A DNA stretch of 16,073 bases from Pseudomonadota bacterium (GTDB lineage Bacteria; Pseudomonadota; Gammaproteobacteria; Arenicellales; UBA868). The DNA is taken from the NCBI GenBank assembly GCA_016845525.1, contig JAERSQ010000117.1:1-16073 (forward strand), written 5' to 3'. Under the pieces are notes generated by a model. The model was not told the DNA's origin. It searched no databases and saw nothing but the letters and a program-made list of their open reading frames with translations. Shown one piece after another: positions 8,701-14,293 of this stretch. Numbering within the stretch: position 1 is the stretch's first letter; the number at the start of each line of letters is the position of its first letter. The position numbers and the translations under genes are program-made.

Positions 8701-10170
8701 AAGGATTTACACGCCCTCGCAACGCTGGCCCGGCAGATCATTGAGATGGGACCTGATTACCAGCCACGGCTGGTGGTTGCGGGTCCCACAGTGCTTGAAC
8801 CCAATCATCAGCATCCTTTCTCCGCGGTTGCTGCCTTGGCCGGGATTGTACGAACACTGAATCATGAGCAGAACAGCACGACGAGTTTCGTCGTTGACTT
8901 CGACCCGGGCAGTGCGCAGTTGAACCCTCACGACGCATTGACGGCATTGGTGGACGAGACCCTTCGGTCTGAGAATGACGGTGACATTCTTTTTCGCGGC
9001 GGAACCCGTTGGGGGCGGGAATTCGTCCGTGCCGGAAAGGGAGCACAGTCCCATGGTCTCCTTGGCAAAGTCGACCACCTCATCCTCCTGGGGGGAGACT
9101 CACCTATTGGGCTTGTCATTGCCGGTGCGCTCATCCGCGGAGGCGCCACGAGCCTCACCTTGACCAGAACATTGCATTCACCAGACTGCGCTTCGGAGCA
9201 CGCGGATCTCCTGGAGTCCTGGCGCCAGAACGGTGTTGAACTCCGGCTCACGTCGGAAAACCAAGAGGATGCCTTCACCCTCCCGGAGTTGAACTCTCAT
9301 GCGCCTGACGACGGTGGCCTGCCGTTGGGCTCGGTTGGAGTTATTGACGCGACAGACTTCCACCGGGAACCGCCGCGCAAGCTTCTGAGGGATCTCGACC
9401 TATGCACCTGCCAAGAATACTGGGATGAACATCTCGCCCATCTCGAGGGGCTTCAGGCGCAAATCAACCGACCCGAGGTGGCCTTCGTTATGCTGATGTC
9501 GTCACTCTCCGGACACCTGGGGGCTGCCAGTCAAACTGCGCACGCGGTGCAAAGTCTTCTCTCTGATGCTTTTGTTCAGCAACAGCAACATTCCTGCGAA
9601 GTGCCCTGGTTTATATCCTATTGGGATCAATGGTCCATGACGAATCAAGAGATGCTGACTCCCGAGAAGGGAGCAGACGCCGCCTTGATGCTGTTTAGCC
9701 ACCCTGCCCCGAATAGTTTTTTGATTGCATCTAATGACCCCGCAACACGACTCACTGCAGTCTCCACGAGCGACGCCGATATCGAATTGTCCAATTCTGA
9801 CGGAACCGCGCCTCATGCCAGACCCGCGCTCACCACCGATTACGTGCCTCCTGAGGAACCATTGCAGAAGTCGATGGCGATGACCTGGCAGGGCTTTCTT
9901 GGAATTGACCAGATTGGAATCGACGATGATTTTTTTGCGCTAGGAGGCAATTCTCTGTTGGGCGCCCAACTCCTGTCTGAAATCAATCAGACCTACAGCA
10001 TCCGGCTGGAAATCACAGACCTGTTCGAACACGCTACGATAAGGCAGCTCGCAGCCAAAGCGTTTGATCTGCAGGCCGCACAATTCAGCGCCGGAGAACT
10101 TGCCGACGAACTCGATCACCTTGAGTCATTGTCTGACAGCGAGATTCAGAAACTGCTCGACGGAGAATAG
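5785..10170 (+). CDS. Type I PKS module: KS - AT (malonyl-type) - degenerate KR (KR0) - carrier protein - acidic C-terminal docking-like tail
   Basis: The 1461-aa ORF starts at a TTG at 5785, immediately followed by an ATG at 5788, which is the more likely start. The KS has its active-site Cys in DIGTACSSSLV (nt 6337-6339), plus EAHGTATPLGDP and SNIGHVDKAAG. The AT has GHSLGE and HAFH (malonyl type) and the post-AT linker YPFQRSRFW. The KR-like region has a degenerate glycine motif and lacks the catalytic K/Y/N. The carrier motif is FFALGGNSL, with Ser at 9952-9954. The stop is TAG at 10168-10170. Confidence 0.93.
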   Translation: MMSTHTDLETDHNAIAIVGMAVRLPGAPDLDSYWDLLRTGRDAIHFFTDEELTAANISPERRNQPGFVASRGYLPDADLFDANFFGISPREAALIDPQHRVMMEVAWHAMEHAGYDPNQWEGNCAVFTSAGMNTYLPFNLFTNPGLIEQVGGFQLSIYNDKDFVPTRIAYALNTKGPAIDIGTACSSSLVGTHMACQHLLSYQSDLALVGGVTIHLPQETGDVVGPGSAYSPDGFCRPFDATPSGLVDGNGAAAIVLKRLTDAIDDRDTIHAVVKGSAINNDGSDKVGYSAPSIQGQAEVILEAQALAQVFASDISYVEAHGTATPLGDPIEVAGLTQAFRETTDAKQFCGLGSVKSNIGHVDKAAGLAGLIKIVLGLKNETLPPTAHYREANPRLNIEDTPFFVVGTAEPWVRTGSKPRIAAVSSFGVGGTNAHAIIEEAPLPSPMDPHDHPALILLSAKTESALFSAAANLRGSIGQEAVRLTDIAHTLQVGRRRQEIRTAFVTSSIDDLGSQLANLAPVLNGPDSSRVAFLFSGQGTQYPGMGRDLYDSEPVFRSTIDRIDSILEDRIEPGLISLLYGPESSSGLLKQTQYSQPALFAVEYSLAELLESWGIRPSVVLGHSLGEYVAACRAGTLSLEEGARLIASRGQLMQKMDKGRMLAVTLPAEDVREMVTEAYPLLDIAVLNGANQTVVAGPTDDIAAFSQVAQTRGLLVRELETSHAFHSRMMEPALPAFGKLLGTISWKKPAIPVIANLSGQLAEGEQICSVDYWSKHLVSPVLFHDSLQSLSQLEPDAVWLEIGPGRALTNMASAIKRPVPANFPTLPPAQSSIGAQRFLLGSIGNLWEQGVDVDWNSFTCDRQLHRVPLPGYPFQRSRFWTEPGQELPASESAEGTTGFYQMDWSLKPRKPVPEEGAKRVALFTNDSTSSIETLSQLYRGKGHTVTTRPPITDLPDLILFLLGAPPQLEDSWKDLHALATLARQIIEMGPDYQPRLVVAGPTVLEPNHQHPFSAVAALAGIVRTLNHEQNSTTSFVVDFDPGSAQLNPHDALTALVDETLRSENDGDILFRGGTRWGREFVRAGKGAQSHGLLGKVDHLILLGGDSPIGLVIAGALIRGGATSLTLTRTLHSPDCASEHADLLESWRQNGVELRLTSENQEDAFTLPELNSHAPDDGGLPLGSVGVIDATDFHREPPRKLLRDLDLCTCQEYWDEHLAHLEGLQAQINRPEVAFVMLMSSLSGHLGAASQTAHAVQSLLSDAFVQQQQHSCEVPWFISYWDQWSMTNQEMLTPEKGADAALMLFSHPAPNSFLIASNDPATRLTAVSTSDADIELSNSDGTAPHARPALTTDYVPPEEPLQKSMAMTWQGFLGIDQIGIDDDFFALGGNSLLGAQLLSEINQTYSIRLEITDLFEHATIRQLAAKAFDLQAAQFSAGELADELDHLESLSDSEIQKLLDGE
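5821..7104 (+). other. Ketosynthase domain (approximate)
   Basis: IAIVGMAVRLPGA; Cys185 in TACSSS; His in HGTAT and in NIGHVDKAAG. Confidence 0.85.
7372..8424 (+). other. Acyltransferase domain, malonyl-CoA-type (approximate)
   Basis: FLFSGQGTQYPGMG, GHSLGEYVA with the active Ser, and HAFHS (HAFH indicates malonyl; YASH would indicate methylmalonyl). It ends with the YPFQRSRFW linker. Confidence 0.8.
8467..9654 (+). other. Ketoreductase-fold domain, predicted inactive (KR0), including the N-terminal structural subdomain
   Basis: The Rossmann region reads HLILLGGDSPIGLVIAGALIRGG, which is GGDSPIG instead of the usual GGTGGLG. By hand alignment to DEBS-type KRs, the catalytic Tyr position reads T (ASQTAHAVQ) and the Lys and Asn positions are not conserved. 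The C-terminal WFISYWDQW aligns with the AVAWGTW region. Confidence 0.55.
9877..10074 (+). other. Carrier protein (ACP/PCP-like) domain
   Basis: IDDDFFALGGNSLLGAQLL, with Ser at 9952-9954. It resembles a PCP more than a classical ACP (LGxDSL). Confidence 0.75.
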
Positions 10171-10179
10171 CCGGCTAAT

Positions 10180-11583
10180 TCACCCCTGTGATCCGCTGCC
10201 CTTTTGGCTTGCGCTGGAAGACCCTTCGTCGGTCTTATCATCGTCCTCCCTACTGACCGAGCCAGAATTCTCTGTATCAGAATCGTCTGAGGACGTACCA
10301 GGCTCCCCGCTGTGATAAGACTTTTCTTCCTTTTGCTCGGTTGCCTCGTCCGATGACCCACCTACCTTGGCTTTAGACGCGCCCGCTTTTGCGGCCGCGG
10401 CCTGATCCTGAACATATTTTGCAGCCTCGGCTTCCTCGGCTCGTGCCCGGTGCACAGCATCTGCTTTTCGCGCGTAGTCCTCAGCGGCTGCCTTGGCCAC
10501 CTCAGGCGGGATATTTGCAGGCGTCTTCCCTGAAGCCGCCTCTGCAGAATGGCTTGAGTCCCCCGGATGTGTGCCATGATGACGGATTGAGACCTGCCCT
10601 GAGCCACTGCTGCCTGTGTCGAGGATCAGGGGAAGACCTGTTTCGCTGTTGCCAATCACGACAATCTTACTATTTTTCGACTCTGCTAATGCCAGAGTGG
10701 CCTCGATACCCCGCCATCGGAGATAACTTTCGGTGATCTGGGGCGCAACAATACTCTGGAACTTGGCGATACCTTGTGCCTCTATTGCTTTTCTCTCACT
10801 TTCGAGTTTTTCCCGCTCCACTCTAAACTTGTACTGTTCCACCCTCTGATTTTCCTGGAGCTTCCGCTCGATAGCCTGGCGGATAGAAGGAGGCAATTTA
10901 ACACTCGTAATCAGAATATCTTTAAGCGAAATGTAGTCGCCGTCCGACATGCCATCGACAAAAAAGGCCCCGATACCGTTGAGGCGGCGCGTCGAAGTGA
11001 CGTATTGATAAATCTGATTTGCCATCTTCTGGCGCTGCCCGGTATAAAGCGCCTCGGCGTCGTAGCGGGCCACCACACCGCGGGCCACCGCCCCGATGTC
11101 GGGAATCAGCAATCGCTTTACATAGTCCGGTCCGATGTGAGAATTCAAGCCTACAACGTTCCTCGGAAGCACCTTCCAACGGAACGTGAGCGTGATTTCG
11201 TAATGAAGCCCATCCGATGACACAACCTCATAGACGACGCTCTTTTTTCTTAGTCGTGTTTCGTAGGTATAAAACTTATCCCAGGGCCAGACAAAGTGCG
11301 CGCCTTCACCCAGGGGGCCGACAGAGTTCAGATTCTCCATATGCGCACTTTTGCTGGAATCCTTCGAAACTTTTAAGTCCGAAATGACTTTGCTCTCGCC
11401 GGTGAGCTGCCGCAAAGCGGGGAATCGATACCAATACACGCTTACTGCCCCGACCGGCGTCACAAAAACCACATGCTTCCAGGTGACTATTGCCAAGAAC
11501 GTGAACAGCAGCAATACAAGTACTGTCCATACCGTAAAGATCTTTGTGAACCTACGCAGGAGTGACCGGATTTTCTGTATCAT
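10180..11583 (-). CDS. SPFH/band-7 (prohibitin/flotillin/HflC-like) membrane protein with a long disordered acidic Ser/Asp-rich C-terminal tail
   Basis: 467 aa. There is an N-terminal TM helix (IFTVWTVLVLLLFTFLAIV). The SPFH core includes YEITLTFRWKV and IRQAIERKLQENQRVEQYKFRVEREKLESERKAIEAQGIAKFQ, which resembles HflC/prohibitin coiled-coil regions. The final ~140 aa are low complexity (..SSDDSDTENSGSVSREDDDKTDEGSSSASQKGSGSQG). The start is ATG at 11583, 9 bp after the ABC gene stop. The stop is TGA at 10180-10182. Confidence 0.78.
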   Translation of the reverse strand: MIQKIRSLLRRFTKIFTVWTVLVLLLFTFLAIVTWKHVVFVTPVGAVSVYWYRFPALRQLTGESKVISDLKVSKDSSKSAHMENLNSVGPLGEGAHFVWPWDKFYTYETRLRKKSVVYEVVSSDGLHYEITLTFRWKVLPRNVVGLNSHIGPDYVKRLLIPDIGAVARGVVARYDAEALYTGQRQKMANQIYQYVTSTRRLNGIGAFFVDGMSDGDYISLKDILITSVKLPPSIRQAIERKLQENQRVEQYKFRVEREKLESERKAIEAQGIAKFQSIVAPQITESYLRWRGIEATLALAESKNSKIVVIGNSETGLPLILDTGSSGSGQVSIRHHGTHPGDSSHSAEAASGKTPANIPPEVAKAAAEDYARKADAVHRARAEEAEAAKYVQDQAAAAKAGASKAKVGGSSDEATEQKEEKSYHSGEPGTSSDDSDTENSGSVSREDDDKTDEGSSSASQKGSGSQG

Positions 11584-11592
11584 TTGATGTTC

Positions 11593-13299
11593 TTACGCGG
11601 AGGCGCCGTTGCTGAGTCGGCCTTCAACCATGTGAATTCGACGATCACAGTGTTTAAAGTAGGACTCATCATGAGTAATGATTAGACAGGTCAGGCCCTC
11701 TGAGCGCAATTGCGGTAAAAGCGTCTCGTAAAACCAGCGCCGGGTCTCTGGGTCTTGATCCGCAGCCCATTCATCGAGGACCAAAATCGGCCGGCCCTCG
11801 GTCAGAGCCAGAGCAAGCGCGAGGCGTTTCCGTTGTCCCGTCGATAGATGCTCCCCATGAAGATCAGATAAGTCCTCTGCAAGTTTATCCCGGATTTTAA
11901 AAACCCTAAGCCAATGTTCTAACTGGGTAACGTCATCCTCAGACAGGCCATAAAGTCCATCGAATAGGTAAAAATCCGAAAAGACGCTGGCGAAAAGTTC
12001 GCGATAAGGCTGCTTCGGCATTCGTTCAATATCATCCTCGTTTAGCCGTATATTGCCTGCCGCACGCGGATAAAGACCGGTAATGACCCGCAATAATGTT
12101 GTCTTACCTGAACCATTGCCTCCCGTTAAAAAGAGGGTCTCACCCCGCCTTAACTCGAGATTAATACTCTTGATGGCGAATCCGTGTTCCCCATCATGCT
12201 GATAACTGACGCTGTCAAGCTTGATGGACTCGAACACGGGAATTCCGGATTCGGGCCCCTGATCATCATGGGCTACCCCGGAACTCAACTCGCCGAGTGC
12301 TGATTCAAATTCATTGATCGCCCGAAGAGAGTATTGTGCGGTTGAGAAATGCGGCATAGACTGCACGATGCTGCCGATAGGGCTGAGGATAAAAATGATT
12401 GCGATGACAGTCTGTGAGAGGCTCTCCGTGTTATCGCCGCTTAAGATAGGCAGTATAAAAACCACCATCCCCGCAAGCAGATAGGAAATAGATGTCCCGG
12501 TAGCTATCAAGTCGGCAAAGAACCGGGCAGCGCTCTTTCGCGCATTGGCAAGGCCCTCCGAACTGTCATTCATCGCCTCCTTGAGGTGTTCCCTTTTTCG
12601 CCGGCTCAATTGAAGTTCTTTGGCGCCCCCGACAATGCCGTCGGTTTGCCGTTGGAATGAACTCTCCGACCGCGAACCAAACCGTAACGCATCCGTCATT
12701 TTTTTATGATGGTTTGCGTAACCAATGATGGTGAGCGTGAGAACACCCACAGTGATCGCAGCAGCCAGTGGCGAAAGGTAGACCAGATACCCAAACATGA
12801 ACACGAGGAGAATCACTGCCTCAAATCCCGAAATCATCGGCACTAATGCCTGGGACAACGCACCATAATTTGCCGACAGGCCACTCCGTATCGCCTGGCT
12901 CTCCAGTTGATCCAAGTCCCGCAACGATAACGACAGGACCAGACCAACCGCACGTTTCCTTTTCTTGTCCAGCGCTGTCTCAACAGCGTCCGAAGCACGG
13001 CGAATTAACGTTAGTTGGGAAACGCGATAGGTGACGAGCAAAAAGACAAAGAGGATCGCGTGAACGAGGTTATACCCTTCCTGCTCTATATCTTTCGCTT
13101 CCGAATTCAGGATAAAGAGAACGCCGGTGCCACAGAGCGCTGCAACGACGGCGATCGCGCCGAGGCGCGCCGGCGTATCTGCTTCGAGGGTAACCAGGGA
13201 GCGGACCGATGCCCACCATGACGGGCGCCGCTTCTTGGTGTTCGGCACCATCCCCAGCAGACGCTCGCCTAGAGCATCCGATTCCGGTGCCTGGGACAA
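11593..13299 (-). CDS. Cyclic-peptide export ABC transporter (fused permease-ATPase, YojI/SyrD/PvdE family)
   Basis: 568 aa. About 6 TM helices lie in the N-terminal half. Walker A is LTGGNGSGKTTL, the ABC signature is LSTGQRKRLALALAL, Walker B/D-loop is ILVLDEWAADQDPETRRWFYETLLP, and the H-loop is IITHD. The C-terminal half aligns closely to E. coli YojI, which I recalled from memory. The start is TTG at 13299-13297. The stop lies next to the SPFH gene start. Confidence 0.9.
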   Translation of the reverse strand: MSQAPESDALGERLLGMVPNTKKRRPSWWASVRSLVTLEADTPARLGAIAVVAALCGTGVLFILNSEAKDIEQEGYNLVHAILFVFLLVTYRVSQLTLIRRASDAVETALDKKRKRAVGLVLSLSLRDLDQLESQAIRSGLSANYGALSQALVPMISGFEAVILLVFMFGYLVYLSPLAAAITVGVLTLTIIGYANHHKKMTDALRFGSRSESSFQRQTDGIVGGAKELQLSRRKREHLKEAMNDSSEGLANARKSAARFFADLIATGTSISYLLAGMVVFILPILSGDNTESLSQTVIAIIFILSPIGSIVQSMPHFSTAQYSLRAINEFESALGELSSGVAHDDQGPESGIPVFESIKLDSVSYQHDGEHGFAIKSINLELRRGETLFLTGGNGSGKTTLLRVITGLYPRAAGNIRLNEDDIERMPKQPYRELFASVFSDFYLFDGLYGLSEDDVTQLEHWLRVFKIRDKLAEDLSDLHGEHLSTGQRKRLALALALTEGRPILVLDEWAADQDPETRRWFYETLLPQLRSEGLTCLIITHDESYFKHCDRRIHMVEGRLSNGASA

Positions 13300-13301
13300 A
13301 A

Positions 13302-13499
13302 CTATTTCGCTTTTGCCTTTGTCGCTTGGGGTCTAGGGGTACCAAGCATCAGTACCAGCGACATGATCACAGGCGTCAGCACAAGAGACAGCACGAAATT
13401 TCCAGCAAATCCGGCTGCTCTTTTCCTTCCGAAGAACCCCACCACTGCCGCCAGCAGCACATAGGCGACGATCAGCAGTGGGGGTATCTGATGAAGCAT
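13302..13499 (-). CDS. Small hypothetical membrane protein (65 aa, 2 predicted TM helices)
   Basis: Sequence MLHQIPPLLIVAYVLLAAVVGFFGRKRAAGFAGNFVLSLVLTPVIMSLVLMLGTPRPQATKAKAK. It has an ATG start at 13499-13497. Its TAG stop is 2 bp before the TTG start of the ABC gene, and it begins 8 bp after the DUF697 stop, so it fills the intergenic gap exactly. I see no clear SD sequence, and translational coupling is plausible. Confidence 0.4.
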   Translation of the reverse strand: MLHQIPPLLIVAYVLLAAVVGFFGRKRAAGFAGNFVLSLVLTPVIMSLVLMLGTPRPQATKAKAK

Positions 13500-13507
13500 T
13501 GATCTGA

Positions 13508-13993
13508 TTAACTGGATTTATTGGCGCTCTTCGCAGCGCTGAATTCTTTCTTGAGATCTTCCGTGACCTTTTCAGCGCTGAAATTGCTGATTGATCCGCC
13601 GCTCTCGAAGTGCTTCACGAACACTTTGCCGATAGCATAGGTCGCCGCAGATCCGAATGCACCAACGGTGACGCTACCCAAGAGAGATCCACCGCCGGGA
13701 ATAAGTTTGATTGCCGGACCAACGAGGGCTCCGCTTACTGAAGTGGCGCCAAGGGTGCCCAACAAAGCAGAGATCGTACCATTCAAAGTCTGGTCATTGC
13801 GATCCTGGCCATAGGCGTCGGCAAGATCTCGCACCATCTTGACCTGGACGGTTGCCAGCGCGGCCATATCGAGATAAGGGACCGGCACTATCGCTGCGGC
13901 TGCCGACCAGCCCATAGCTCTTGCGATCACCTTGCCCGATACTTCGTGTACATCTTGCGCATCGGTTGCTTCAGTTGCTGCGGCTGTTGCCAT
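13508..13993 (-). CDS. DUF697/YcjF-family membrane-associated protein (short form)
   Basis: AAAAIVPVPYLDMAALATVQVKMVRDLADAYG matches the conserved core of E. coli YcjF ([30 protein letters not shown]), and a Gly-rich hydrophobic stretch follows. The preferred start is the internal ATG at 13993-13991, which is preceded by AGGAG. The ORF track extends the ORF to 14095, but that extra stretch has no RBS. Confidence 0.7.
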   Translation of the reverse strand: MATAAATEATDAQDVHEVSGKVIARAMGWSAAAAIVPVPYLDMAALATVQVKMVRDLADAYGQDRNDQTLNGTISALLGTLGATSVSGALVGPAIKLIPGGGSLLGSVTVGAFGSAATYAIGKVFVKHFESGGSISNFSAEKVTEDLKKEFSAAKSANKSS

Positions 13994-14046
13994 AACATCG
14001 CTCCTATTTTGAAAAATTATTTCTATCTCCCTCATAATCGAAGGGA

Positions 14047-14058
14047 GTACTGTATGGA
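14047..14058. promoter_or_regulatory. Perfect 12-bp palindrome GACTCCGGAGTC in the divergent intergenic region; candidate operator
   Basis: It is about 55 bp upstream of the DUF697 ATG on the - strand and about 235 bp upstream of the beta-barrel ATG on the + strand. A CCGAGTC partial repeat follows at 14063-14069. Confidence 0.35.
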
Positions 14059-14113
14059 CTCCGGAGTCTTTCCGAGTCGGCCTCAAATTGTACATTACCC
14101 CAGAGAGGTCTGC

Positions 14114-14152
14114 TAGCGAAGCTTAATCACGAAAAATAGGCGGCCTTCGCTA
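14114..14152. promoter_or_regulatory. 8-bp inverted repeat TAGCGAAG ... CTTCGCTA with a 23-bp spacer; possible dimeric protein-binding site
   Basis: TAGCGAAG lies at 14114-14121 and its exact reverse complement at 14145-14152, in the divergent promoter region. Confidence 0.25.
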
Positions 14153-14184
14153 ATTTCCTCTACCTCGGAAGCAAACGAAAACTT

Positions 14185-14213
14185 TTGATCATCCGGTAAT
14201 GCTGATTTATTAT
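14185..14213 (+). promoter_or_regulatory. Candidate sigma70-type promoter for the beta-barrel gene (-35 TTGATC, 17-bp spacer, -10 TATTAT)
   Basis: TTGATC lies at 14185-14190 and TATTAT at 14208-14213. This pair is about 80 bp upstream of the ATG at 14294. Confidence 0.35.
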
Positions 14214-14293
14214 TGCTTTACTCCAAATGGAAAGCGCCATTCGAGTCTACGAATCCAACCGCAAGCGACAGGGTCAACTGAAAGGAGTCCGCA

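Noticed and set aside
10389-11220. Plus-strand ORFs of 115 aa and 148 aa antisense to the SPFH gene
   Set aside because: The minus-strand 467-aa ORF has clear SPFH/band-7 similarity, a TM helix and a coiled-coil. The plus-strand ORFs are shadow ORFs.
13994-14095. N-terminal extension of the DUF697 ORF (MYNLRPTRKDSGVHTVLPSIMREIEIIFQNRSDV)
   Set aside because: The internal ATG at 13993 is preceded by a strong AGGAG Shine-Dalgarno sequence, whereas the upstream ATG has none. The extension would also run over the palindrome and promoter region.
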